The translations under genes and the position numbers were made by a program. This document shows positions 37,558 through 46,662 of a stretch of 64,000 nucleotides of DNA, piece by piece. Positions within the stretch are counted from its first letter, which is position 1, and every line of letters starts with the position of its first letter. The DNA comes from a virus: the IMG/VR virus record IMGVR_UViG_3300027759_000063, positions 1-64,000 of that record; one strand, written 5' to 3'. The notes under the pieces were generated by a model. That model saw only the letters and a program-made list of their open reading frames with translations, made no database searches and was not told the DNA's origin.

Positions 37558-37586
37558 ATTATAGCAAAAGTTGAATTAATGGTCAA
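37558..37586 (-). promoter_or_regulatory. early promoter module 3 (no palindrome)
   Basis: ATTATA 37558-37563, GGTCAA 37581-37586. Confidence 0.8.
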
Positions 37587-37758
37587 CCGGGGCAAACAGT
37601 TCTTGCCCTTGTTGCACAAAAACAACAAACGCTTCCATTGTGCGTTCACTGTAGATCATGAGACCATGTTGTTTGATGTCTTGTAAAACTTCCAACAGGC
37701 CCATGCCCTGAAAGTCTGCTTCTTTTTGTATTTGTTTGACTGCTGTTGCAATCTGCAT
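37576..37758 (-). CDS. early small protein, 60 aa
   Basis: Start MQIATAV after AGGAGCC SD. Confidence 0.7.
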   Translation of the reverse strand: MQIATAVKQIQKEADFQGMGLLEVLQDIKQHGLMIYSERTMEAFVVFVQQGQELFAPVDH

Positions 37759-37788
37759 TGCTGGCTCCTTTTTGCTTTGTATGTGGTT

Positions 37789-37835
37789 ATTATAGCATTT
37801 TGGCAATTATTGGTCAAGTGCTACAAAAGTGTTAC
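37789..37835 (-). promoter_or_regulatory. early promoter module 4
   Basis: ATTATA 37789, GGTCAA 37812, GTGCTACAAAAGTGTTAC 37818-37835. Confidence 0.85.
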
Positions 37836-38067
37836 TTTTTGTTTTCTCAGCGCCAACAATTTCCCAATGACTTCCGTCACACTTGACAAAAATCTTACGA
37901 CCAAAAACCGTCACAAAACCATACTCACCGTCTTGATACACATTGACCGGATCAGGAATAATGGTCACTGTACGGGGCGTCTCACAGTAATCCCAGCGTC
38001 TGGTGGGCAGTTTATTTTTGAAGTACATGTAATTTTGACTACCTGTAACAAAAAGTTTTACCTTCAT
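37807..38067 (-). CDS. early small protein, 86 aa
   Basis: GAGG SD, own promoter. Confidence 0.7.
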   Translation of the reverse strand: MKVKLFVTGSQNYMYFKNKLPTRRWDYCETPRTVTIIPDPVNVYQDGEYGFVTVFGRKIFVKCDGSHWEIVGAEKTKSNTFVALDQ

Positions 38068-38097
38068 AATCTGCCCTCTTTTGCGTTGTATGTCCGT

Positions 38098-38144
38098 ATT
38101 ATAGCATTTTGGGAATTATTGGTCAAGTACTACTAGAGTGTTAC
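38098..38144 (-). promoter_or_regulatory. early promoter module 5
   Basis: ATTATA 38098, GGTCAA 38121, GTACTACTAGAGTGTTAC 38127-38144. Confidence 0.85.
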
Positions 38145-38350
38145 TTTTTAAAAGCTTCAAAGAAACGAGTATTTATTTCGTCCATTTCTGCTTGCTCCAC
38201 ATAGAAGTCAGTAGTAGGATCGTAGTACTGGCCCTCTTTGTTGTCATAATACAACACACGGCCACTAAAGTTAAACGGGCCTTCCAGTCCTGCACGAGCA
38301 CTGTATCGGTCACGCATGACGTCTTGGGTGTCAACCACACGATATCCCAT
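38141..38350 (-). CDS. early small protein (GLEGPF..GRVLYYD.KEGQYYDPTTDFY)
   Basis: Start MGYRVV after AGGAGCC SD. Confidence 0.75.
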   Translation of the reverse strand: MGYRVVDTQDVMRDRYSARAGLEGPFNFSGRVLYYDNKEGQYYDPTTDFYVEQAEMDEINTRFFEAFKK

Positions 38351-38379
38351 TGCTGGCTCCTGTTTGTTTGTAAGCCACA

Positions 38380-38426
38380 ATTATAGCATTTTGAGAATTA
38401 TTGGTCAAGTACTACTAGAGTATTAC
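38380..38426 (-). promoter_or_regulatory. early promoter module 6
   Basis: ATTATA 38380, GGTCAA 38403, GTACTACTAGAGTATTAC 38409-38426. Confidence 0.85.
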
Positions 38427-39163
38427 TGCCAAAAATTGGCTATTATGGGGTCATTGATTTCGTGTGGCTTGGGACGACCGTGGAATACTAGTACACTGGT
38501 GCCTGGATTAAGTTTAGCCCCGGACCCAGGATTGATAGCCTGCCGGCGTTGAAAATTGTATCCACCATCTGCCACTTGCCAACGCCAACTTTGAATATAT
38601 TGTTGATCAAAATTTCTTCTCTGCCGGTGATCAATTACTGCACCCAAGTAGTCTTGATCGCCTTGATATCTACGCACAGTGTCATCAATGTTGAGTCGAT
38701 CAAAATCTGTCCAAACGTGTGCAAATCGTTCGGTGTTCCAATACATTATGCTTGAATTCATTCCTGAAAAAGAAGCCTGTTGCAAATATCTAAAATCTCG
38801 TATGGTCCAAAAATAATCAAGATGACAGTCTAACATCCAATCCAGTTGATCTATTATAACCACGTCAAGATCCATGTACAACAAATTGCCTGAATGATGC
38901 TCGGGATTGAACAACTGCATCTTGTACCACCATTCACGTTTGGGTCCTGAAATGCCGGGCCATTCTTTCACCACATGTTTGATCATGTGCGAGGGCACTG
39001 ACCTGTCTGCTTCAGTGTACACATGAAAACGTATACCATCTTGCAAATTACGGCTCAGCATGTTGTACAGTTTTTCCACATACTGCCAGTCATAACCTGT
39101 ACCGTGAATAACACAAGCACAGTCAGTTATGCTGTCAGGGCGGGCGCGATTCTTTTTAGCCAT
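38423..39163 (-). CDS. GT-A glycosyltransferase (GT8-like)
   Basis: WWYKMQLF, YMDLDVVI, NSSIM, GDQDYL, VFHGRPKPHE. Confidence 0.8.
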   Translation of the reverse strand: MAKKNRARPDSITDCACVIHGTGYDWQYVEKLYNMLSRNLQDGIRFHVYTEADRSVPSHMIKHVVKEWPGISGPKREWWYKMQLFNPEHHSGNLLYMDLDVVIIDQLDWMLDCHLDYFWTIRDFRYLQQASFSGMNSSIMYWNTERFAHVWTDFDRLNIDDTVRRYQGDQDYLGAVIDHRQRRNFDQQYIQSWRWQVADGGYNFQRRQAINPGSGAKLNPGTSVLVFHGRPKPHEINDPIIANFWQ

Positions 39164-39978
39164 AGTCCTTGTCTCAATTCTTCCACAGTGTATTCAGTGT
39201 GGCATATTTTAGCCAGCCATAATTCTCTATCAATATCATAAGGTTGTTCAATGTCAGGCATGCCCACTGCCACGGGATATGCCAGACTGCTGTGTGCCAC
39301 AATGGGCCTGCAGCCTGCAATGCCTGCTTGGATGCCTGGTCCTGAGTTGTGATTTACCACAGCATGACAATTGAAGTGCATGTCAAAACTGTCGTAGGTG
39401 TTGGCCATGGGTTTAGCAACTTCCATTGTAACGTTGTCAGGCAGGTGTGGCATGCGTAATGGTGAACGTGGGTGAGCACGAATGCGTATGGGACGGTCAG
39501 TGGAGTTGCGTAACTGTTGAATTTGCATCAACACCCATGATTCCATGCTGTCAATGCCAGCAACTTGCAAACTGTTTCGATGTTGTGCGGCAATAATAAT
39601 TTCGGGACCTGGATTCACCTGTTGGGCTAAACTTATTTGCAGATGCCGTGGACGACCTAGATCTAAATTGTGCTCATGACCGTAATAGCCATCTCTGGTG
39701 ATGTGATTAACTGCCAGTTTCCAGGTTGTGCCACGATACAGCGCACCAATGTCTATCACAATCACCGGCCGGTTTTGGCTGCGATAATGTTCGTACACGG
39801 CTTGGTTAGGCCGCATTCTGCCATTCCACAGCACTGACCAAATCACTGCGGCATCTGCGGTCATGGAGTTTTCTTGTGTTTGTATGCCTGCGGCTTGGCA
39901 GCAGTCCAAAAACGCCGACATCACAGGTTTACTGTTCAATGCACATTGGGCAGGAAAATAGGCTATGGTTTTGATCAA
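39127..39978 (-). CDS. capsule-biosynthesis-like (KpsS/KpsC-like) glycosyltransferase, paralogue A
   Basis: TDRPIRIRAHP, HAVVNHNSGPGIQA.IAG, WLAKICHTEYTVEELRQG. Confidence 0.65.
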   Translation of the reverse strand: MIKTIAYFPAQCALNSKPVMSAFLDCCQAAGIQTQENSMTADAAVIWSVLWNGRMRPNQAVYEHYRSQNRPVIVIDIGALYRGTTWKLAVNHITRDGYYGHEHNLDLGRPRHLQISLAQQVNPGPEIIIAAQHRNSLQVAGIDSMESWVLMQIQQLRNSTDRPIRIRAHPRSPLRMPHLPDNVTMEVAKPMANTYDSFDMHFNCHAVVNHNSGPGIQAGIAGCRPIVAHSSLAYPVAVGMPDIEQPYDIDRELWLAKICHTEYTVEELRQGLWLKRIAPALTA

Positions 39979-39992
39979 CTGTAAATACTCTT

Positions 39993-40796
39993 ATGAAATA
40001 CACTGTAGTTACCACTTTTAATGCTGATGGATACAAGACCTATGGATCCAGAATGATTGATACTTTTTTGCGCACTTGGCCCAAAGAAGTGCAACTACAA
40101 GTGTACGCCGAAGGTTGTGTTGTCAATCAGACTGCACCCAATTTACAAGTGTTAAGTTTAGAAGGGTCAAGCCCTAAACTTGTGGCATTTAAAAATACCT
40201 GGCGTGATGTGCCCAAGGCCAATGGTGATGTTTCTGCAGATCTTGTTAGATCAAAAAGAAAAGATGCAGGCAAAGGATTCAAATGGCATGCTGTGAGATT
40301 TGCTCACAAGGTGTATGCTATATTTCATGCCGCCCAGCATGCCACAACAGATTGGTTGATCTGGATGGATGCTGATATGATTTGCCATAGTCCCATGACA
40401 GTGGCAAAACTATCCGAGTTTTTTCCAGACTCCGCAGATCTTTGTTTTGCTGGACGCAGTAGAAAATTCACCGAATGTGGCCTGTACGGCATGCGCATAA
40501 CCGAGCCTACAATCAAATCCTGGTTGTCAGATTTCCAACACATGTATGATCATGCTGAATCAGGTATATTTGCCCTGGATGAATGGCATGACAGTTATGT
40601 ATTTGACGCCGTAAGAAAACGTCATGCCTTGCGTGAACTCAACTGGACGGCACACCTGCAAATGGGCGAAGGTCATCCACTAATCAATTGCGAATGGGGT
40701 GCATATATTGATCACCTCAAGGGTGAGAGAAAAAGTCTTGGCCGTAGCCGGTCATCAGACATACGAGTCAAAAGAAACGAAAGTTACTGGAGATGA
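39993..40796 (+). CDS. GT-A glycosyltransferase
   Basis: RFAHKVYA, WMDAD, EWHDSYVFD, HLKG. Confidence 0.75.
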   Translation: MKYTVVTTFNADGYKTYGSRMIDTFLRTWPKEVQLQVYAEGCVVNQTAPNLQVLSLEGSSPKLVAFKNTWRDVPKANGDVSADLVRSKRKDAGKGFKWHAVRFAHKVYAIFHAAQHATTDWLIWMDADMICHSPMTVAKLSEFFPDSADLCFAGRSRKFTECGLYGMRITEPTIKSWLSDFQHMYDHAESGIFALDEWHDSYVFDAVRKRHALRELNWTAHLQMGEGHPLINCEWGAYIDHLKGERKSLGRSRSSDIRVKRNESYWR

Positions 40797-41596
40797 TATT
40801 TCTCAGCAAGAACGGTGATGACGAGTACATTGATATGTATGCACAAGGACTTGGACTTGAGCCCACACCGTTGGAGTCATGGCGTTATGAGGACAGCACA
40901 GAGCCACTCATGCTACGTGGCATCATGAAACACAAGATCATCAAACAGTGCTGGGCAGATAACCGACCGTTTAGATACATGGATTCAGGTTACCTGGGTA
41001 ATCGTCCCAGTTTTAAAAATCCACATGGCTGGAAGCACTGGCATAGGATTGTGCCCAACAACCTACAACATGATCAAGTGATACCACGACCCAGTGATCG
41101 ATGGAATCAACTGGGACTAGAAGCGGCCAATCGCCGACGTGGCAGTGCAATACTGATTGTGGCACCAGATGAAAAGCCTTGCAAGTTTTATGACATAGAA
41201 TTAGACACCTGGCTGGCAGAAACTGTGGCCACTATCAAACAACATACTGATAGACCCATCGTCATACGTGAACGCAACAAGAGTCGTACTGATAGAAAAA
41301 TCAATCGTGTGGAACATGCACTAAATGATGTGCATGCAGTTGTGACCTTTAACAGCATAGCAGGTACTGAAGCCATATTGGCAGGTACCCCAGTATTTGC
41401 CATGGCACCATCAAACGCTGCCAGACCAGTCAGCAACACAGACTTGAGTTGCATAGACAATCCATGGTTTCCAGATCGGGATCAGGTGTTGGCCTGGGCA
41501 TATCATTTGGCCTATGCGCAGTTTCACATAGACGAATTCAAGAACGGACGAGCAGAACGTATAATTAAACAAACTGAGGAGATACTGAATGGTTGA
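40793..41596 (+). CDS. capsule-biosynthesis-like glycosyltransferase, paralogue B
   Basis: YMDSGY, TDRPIVIR, AVVTFNSIAGTEAILAG, LAYAQFHIDEFKNG. Confidence 0.65.
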   Translation: MIFLSKNGDDEYIDMYAQGLGLEPTPLESWRYEDSTEPLMLRGIMKHKIIKQCWADNRPFRYMDSGYLGNRPSFKNPHGWKHWHRIVPNNLQHDQVIPRPSDRWNQLGLEAANRRRGSAILIVAPDEKPCKFYDIELDTWLAETVATIKQHTDRPIVIRERNKSRTDRKINRVEHALNDVHAVVTFNSIAGTEAILAGTPVFAMAPSNAARPVSNTDLSCIDNPWFPDRDQVLAWAYHLAYAQFHIDEFKNGRAERIIKQTEEILNG

Positions 41597-42236
41597 GCAT
41601 TATGGATGGAAATTCCCGGACTTTGAAACACACCTTCCGCGAATGTTGAAGAAAAGTGTGGACAAAGGTCTCTCAGCTGAATATCAAGTTGCTGTGCGAC
41701 GCCGAAGTATTGAACTGTGTAAAAATCGGGACCTGGCTCTGGACATTGGCGCTAATGTGGGCTTGTGGAGTCGTGACTTTGTTGGCAGTTTTGCTCGTGT
41801 GATAGCATTTGAACCAGTGGCTGTGTTCAGAGAATGTTTAGAACACAATGTGCAAGGCACAAATTTTGAAGTTCAACCAATTGCCTTGGGCGATCAAGAC
41901 ACCCAAGGCACCATGATCATCACAGAAGATAATTCTGGTCACAGTCACCTGGACCCTGCTACCATGGGCACAGGCAACGTGCAAGTTGTTCGATTGGACA
42001 CACTGAATTTTCATGATGTCAGTTATATCAAAATTGACTGCGAAGGATATGAGTATCGTATTTTGCAAGGTGCAGAACAAACCATTCGCCGTTGTAGGCC
42101 TGTGATAGTGATAGAGCAAAAACCACATGATGCCTACAGCAAACAATACGGGCAGTTTGCGGCAGTGAAACTGTTGCAAGAATGGGGCATGATCAAACTA
42201 GATCAAGTACGTGACGACTGGATCATGGGGTGGTAA
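41589..42236 (+). CDS. FkbM-family methyltransferase
   Basis: LDIGANVG, AFEP, IKIDCEGYE. Confidence 0.88.
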   Translation: MVEHYGWKFPDFETHLPRMLKKSVDKGLSAEYQVAVRRRSIELCKNRDLALDIGANVGLWSRDFVGSFARVIAFEPVAVFRECLEHNVQGTNFEVQPIALGDQDTQGTMIITEDNSGHSHLDPATMGTGNVQVVRLDTLNFHDVSYIKIDCEGYEYRILQGAEQTIRRCRPVIVIEQKPHDAYSKQYGQFAAVKLLQEWGMIKLDQVRDDWIMGW

Positions 42237-42886
42237 TGACTGCACTTGATCTAGTAGAAATTAAAGAAGGATGGTATTGGCCAAAAGATGATACCAATAC
42301 TTGGAAATTTTTATTAGAAAATTTTGATTTGCCCGGCCGAATATCCAGTTATGTTGATGACAAAAAAGTTGTGGTACAAGCTGGCGGCAACTGCGGTATG
42401 TATCCAAAACAATATTCAAAAATTTTTGATGCTGTTTATACTTTTGAACCAGACTGGCTAAATTTTTATTGTTTAGCAATGAATTGCCCTGAAGAAAATA
42501 TAGTTAAATCTCAAGGATGTCTTGGTAGTGATCCTGGATTGGTCGATCTTCATATCAAATCTAAGAGTAGAGGAAAAAGTTTTATCAACGGTGATGGTCT
42601 TTATCCAATCTATCTGATAGATAATTTGGGACTGACAGCATGTGATTTGATACACTTGGACATAGAAGGCTATGAATATTTTGCTCTTAGCGGTGCTGTG
42701 TCTACTATCAAAAAATTCCAACCAATCATAGCCATCGAAATGTGGGATCCACCTCCAAATAAATATCTAAATAGATTTGGGGACAACATCAATCAAAAAA
42801 CCAAAGACCTACTGGCATCATTGGGGTACTCACATGTTGATACACTGAACGAATCTGATTGGATATACACATGCAAACAAAAATAA
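42236..42886 (+). CDS. FkbM-family methyltransferase
   Basis: VQAGGNCG, TFEPD, IHLDIEGYE. Confidence 0.85.
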   Translation: MTALDLVEIKEGWYWPKDDTNTWKFLLENFDLPGRISSYVDDKKVVVQAGGNCGMYPKQYSKIFDAVYTFEPDWLNFYCLAMNCPEENIVKSQGCLGSDPGLVDLHIKSKSRGKSFINGDGLYPIYLIDNLGLTACDLIHLDIEGYEYFALSGAVSTIKKFQPIIAIEMWDPPPNKYLNRFGDNINQKTKDLLASLGYSHVDTLNESDWIYTCKQK

Positions 42887-43557
42887 TTGTGTTACAAAAT
42901 AATCAGCTGTCGCAAACAGTGGCACAGGATTGCATAGAACAGGCCGCAAAATTTGGAATCACTGCTGAAGTGTTTGATGCTGTAAACGGATTTGATGCGC
43001 CAAGACATTTGGAATTATTAAACATCAAACCACTGGGAAAATTCAAAAAAGGGCGAGTGGGGATAATTGGCTGTTTTTTAAGTCATTATTACTTGTGGCT
43101 TGATTGTGTCAAACACAATGTTCCGTATCTTGTGCTAGAACACGATGGATATTTAATCAAACCACTGCCAGACAACATTTTAGACTTGTTTGATGATGTT
43201 ATAAAATTAGATTCTGGAAATCCTTACAGCAATTTGTATGAACACTGGTTGGCCACACACTCAAATGATTCATCATCAATTTGGACCATTCGAGATGGTG
43301 AACACGGCAGAGGTAATCACGAAACTGCTGCTGGCTGGAATACCATGGGAGCCTATGCCTACATCATCAAACCACATGCCGCAGTCAAGCTGATTGACTG
43401 GGTCAAAGACCATGGTTTTCTTCCAACTGACTGGTTGATAGGTACAAAAATTGTGTCGGTGAGCCATCACTGTCCCTCTATTGCAAGATTACATCCACTG
43501 TATGCAAAAGATGGTAATATTAAAAAATTATCTACAGAAATGAATCTGGAGAAATAA
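42871..43557 (+). CDS. GT25-family glycosyltransferase
   Basis: FDAVNG, GCFLSHYYLW, VLEHDG, GAYAYIIKP. Confidence 0.82.
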   Translation: MQTKIIVLQNNQLSQTVAQDCIEQAAKFGITAEVFDAVNGFDAPRHLELLNIKPLGKFKKGRVGIIGCFLSHYYLWLDCVKHNVPYLVLEHDGYLIKPLPDNILDLFDDVIKLDSGNPYSNLYEHWLATHSNDSSSIWTIRDGEHGRGNHETAAGWNTMGAYAYIIKPHAAVKLIDWVKDHGFLPTDWLIGTKIVSVSHHCPSIARLHPLYAKDGNIKKLSTEMNLEK

Positions 43558-43558
43558 A

Positions 43559-44239
43559 ATTACAAGCCCTAGCCAATATTATGAAGAATCAGTACGACTG
43601 GGTCGTGAGTTTCAACTTAGCAACAAAAATTGGGCTGGATATGATGTTGTAAAATATCAAAAGCTCATCAAGGACCTGGTGACTCGATACAATGCTAAAA
43701 CTCTATTAGACTATGGCTGCGGCAAAGGACAACAATACCAAGACCCACTGCCATATGGCATGTTGTCTGGTGAGGCTATGCCTGAAAGTCAGTGGCAAAC
43801 TTTTGATCAATATCTTGGTGTCACTGTGTATCGTTACGATCCTTGTGTGGCAGAATTTGAAACCCCACCGCCTACAGATGCCAAATTTGATGGTGTGATA
43901 TGTACACAGGTATTGAACAGCATACCCGATGATGACATGACCTGGGTGCGTGAGAAACTTGAGTATCATGCTGAAAAGTTTTGTTTTGTTGGCATAAATT
44001 TTCAACGTGCTGCCAAGGGCAAAAAAATCATATACGATTCTGACTATTTTCGTGTGCCACGCACTAGAGAATTTTTCCGCAGCTACTATCAAGATTGGAC
44101 CGGAAGTGACTTGTTTTGGTGGTTCAAAGATCGTCCATACTACGCGGAGTGGGCCGACGATCAATTGAGCGGCACCTGGCATGATGTACCAGAAACATTT
44201 GTTGGTAAGTATGAGTTTGTGGAAGTGAACCATCGATGA
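43559..44239 (+). CDS. class I SAM methyltransferase, probable ATT start
   Basis: LLDYGCGKG, YDP, FDGVICTQVL; frame open 40 codons upstream of GTG 43679. Confidence 0.75.
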   Translation: MTSPSQYYEESVRLGREFQLSNKNWAGYDVVKYQKLIKDLVTRYNAKTLLDYGCGKGQQYQDPLPYGMLSGEAMPESQWQTFDQYLGVTVYRYDPCVAEFETPPPTDAKFDGVICTQVLNSIPDDDMTWVREKLEYHAEKFCFVGINFQRAAKGKKIIYDSDYFRVPRTREFFRSYYQDWTGSDLFWWFKDRPYYAEWADDQLSGTWHDVPETFVGKYEFVEVNHR

Positions 44240-44793
44240 TAATTGATCCTGAATATCAAGCCCAACTGGCTGACATGCACAGTCAAGGAAAATTTACTAA
44301 CGGCAGTAAAGTTATTAAAAACATAAAGAGATTTCTAAATCAATATAATTTGACTAGTGTGTTAGATTTTGGATGTGGTCATGGTGCCCTGATGGCTAGT
44401 ATCAATCAAGCATATCCCAACATAGCAATAGATGGCTATGACCCCGGCAATCCCAAACACAATCGCATGCCTCAACGATCATTTGATGCAGTGGTCAGTG
44501 CTGATGTATTTGAACACATAGAGCCTGAACACCTAGCCAGCACGTTGCAGTTGATCAGTAGTAAGATACAAGTTGCAGGATGGTTTAGAATTGCCTGCTA
44601 TCCTGCAAAAAAACACCTGCCCGACGGACGCAATGCTCACTTGATTGTACAATCACCCACGTGGTGGCGCCAACAACTGTTGGCCAACATGAATGTGACC
44701 ATAGTTGCGGAAGAGATTGCTGTGTTTGACAAAAGCCACAAATGGCCAGGCATTGTGGGCGAAGTTTACGACGTCACTGTAGAAGTCAAGTAA
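44236..44793 (+). CDS. class I SAM methyltransferase
   Basis: VLDFGCGHG, GYDPG, DVFEHIEPE, GRNAHLI. Confidence 0.85.
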   Translation: MIIDPEYQAQLADMHSQGKFTNGSKVIKNIKRFLNQYNLTSVLDFGCGHGALMASINQAYPNIAIDGYDPGNPKHNRMPQRSFDAVVSADVFEHIEPEHLASTLQLISSKIQVAGWFRIACYPAKKHLPDGRNAHLIVQSPTWWRQQLLANMNVTIVAEEIAVFDKSHKWPGIVGEVYDVTVEVK

Positions 44794-45734
44794 GGCAAAA
44801 ATTTTTGATAGACACGACCTTGGCTGGCATCTGCATCACTCCAGTGTGCGGCTGCTAGATCATAAATCCACTGTTGCCTTTTAAATTCAACAGGAGATTC
44901 AATAGTTAGAATATCATGATTGGCCACTGCCCATGCCACACAACTGCAATCATCCACAAACACCGGTATGCCAGCACACACCGCTGCCACACTGGCCGAG
45001 CTGTTGAAAAACACCGCTGAGTGTGCATTTTGCAAATTGTCTACTAGTCGGCTGTGGCTGGGATCAATCAATTTGATGTTTTGTCGTTTAGCGTGTTTTT
45101 CAGTATAAGCACTGAATTCCAGCATGTCATACTTGCCTGGATGTGGTCTAACGTGTATGGCACGTTGTGTCACAGTTCTAATTTGATTTATTTTGTCTCG
45201 TAGCCAATCCATGGGATTCAAAGTTTTCATTGCAAATCCACCATCGCGTTGCATGCAAATCAAGATATGCCCATGCTCGTTATGTTGTGTTGGTTGCAAA
45301 CTCACGCCTAAATTGTGACTGATCTCTTGCCACTTGGCATCAGTACTGCTGTGATTGGCGTATTCTGCACGATCATAAAATGGTCCGCCAAGGCTGTATC
45401 GCAAGTAGCTGCCGTGGTTGTCAAGATATTTCCAACAACTGGCATCAATACACATGGTGTGATTGCCAAGTCTTCGTTGATCAGCAATGATTTGTTTGCG
45501 CAAGGTGATATTGCGACCACCGGTGTTTGTTGTGGCCCATCCTAACATCACGGCTAGTCGGCTGGGGGTGTATTGATGTTCCCATTCTACCACAACCGAA
45601 TCTCCGGTGGCACGTACACCTTGGGCAAAGCTCTCTAAACACTCAATTTTCCTTGTGTGTTTTCGAGCATTGGCCACACTACTGATGTACACCACAACGT
45701 CAACCACCTTGCAAGATTCTCCAGGCTGTGCCAT
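44766..45734 (-). CDS. capsule-biosynthesis-like glycosyltransferase, paralogue C
   Basis: IHVRPHP, VFFNSSASVAAVCAGIPVF, LAAAHWS. Confidence 0.65.
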   Translation of the reverse strand: MAQPGESCKVVDVVVYISSVANARKHTRKIECLESFAQGVRATGDSVVVEWEHQYTPSRLAVMLGWATTNTGGRNITLRKQIIADQRRLGNHTMCIDASCWKYLDNHGSYLRYSLGGPFYDRAEYANHSSTDAKWQEISHNLGVSLQPTQHNEHGHILICMQRDGGFAMKTLNPMDWLRDKINQIRTVTQRAIHVRPHPGKYDMLEFSAYTEKHAKRQNIKLIDPSHSRLVDNLQNAHSAVFFNSSASVAAVCAGIPVFVDDCSCVAWAVANHDILTIESPVEFKRQQWIYDLAAAHWSDADASQGRVYQKFLPYLTSTVTS

Positions 45735-46662
45735 CGCGCATTTCTACTTCGGTGAATTGGCAGTAGGCCATATGATGTGCCCAGGCTCTAATTTCGTCAA
45801 GACTGGGTCGTCGAATTTTTTCTATATCTGCAATAGAAGTACTACACACCGCGGCTGCGGCGTTGGGCCCAAGTGTGATGGCTGGTTTGCCATGCAGTAT
45901 GGCTTCGCCGGCAGCAATGCTGGAGTAAGTTATCAAACAATATATGTCTTGATCCAAGGCCATTTCTATTGTGTCGTCATTGATTCGAACACTGCGCCCT
46001 TGTTTGCGACGAATCACCACTTCCCTATCAGTATGAGCACTAATTTCTGCTAATGTCTGTTTCAACCATGTTTCAAGATCTATGTCGTACAGATTCAATA
46101 GTTTTTGACTGGGTGGTGCCAACAGTATCTTACTGCCATCCGCACGTACTTTTTTAAGTTGAACTCCTGTGCAATCAAATCTATCACTAGGACGAGCAAT
46201 CACGGGCCCAAAGTTTTGTACATCATTTTTTGTAATTCTGTGATAGAGTTTTTTCTTGCCATTGCCAAAGTAACCAGTGTCAATATAGTAAAAGTCTTTG
46301 CCCAGGGCTCGACACGCATCCATTTGTTTACGTTTGGTAATACCACGCAACACCACAGGAGTAGGCGTTGATTCAGTTTTACTCCAGGTAGTTATTTGTC
46401 CGCCACAACCGCGCACAAAACTTTCTAATGTAGGATCGTACATATATCCTTTTCTTTCATATCTATATTCGCTGTCTATGGCGTGTACTGCCTGTGTGTC
46501 CAACGCACAAATTTTTGCCGACAATGTGTCAAAGTTCATACCATAATAATCGCCTGCAGGATCCACACGATATTTTATTATGTCGTAAAATATATCACGA
46601 ACTTCGGCTGGCAGTAAATCAAATTCGTGTTGTTCAAATGGTATTAGTTCTTCATCATCCAT
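45700..46662 (-). CDS. capsule-biosynthesis-like glycosyltransferase, paralogue D
   Basis: YIDTGYF, TDREVVIR, TYSSIAAGEAILHG, MAYCQFTEVEMRDG. Confidence 0.65.
   Translation of the reverse strand: MDDEELIPFEQHEFDLLPAEVRDIFYDIIKYRVDPAGDYYGMNFDTLSAKICALDTQAVHAIDSEYRYERKGYMYDPTLESFVRGCGGQITTWSKTESTPTPVVLRGITKRKQMDACRALGKDFYYIDTGYFGNGKKKLYHRITKNDVQNFGPVIARPSDRFDCTGVQLKKVRADGSKILLAPPSQKLLNLYDIDLETWLKQTLAEISAHTDREVVIRRKQGRSVRINDDTIEMALDQDIYCLITYSSIAAGEAILHGKPAITLGPNAAAAVCSTSIADIEKIRRPSLDEIRAWAHHMAYCQFTEVEMRDGTAWRILQGG

Noticed and set aside
37558-38426. CRISPR array
   Set aside because: Repeats are promoters; the intervening 200-300 bp segments are ORFs; no cas genes
39979-44800. Invertible (phase-variable) segment
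   Set aside because: No inverted repeats seen at the ends and no invertase in the window
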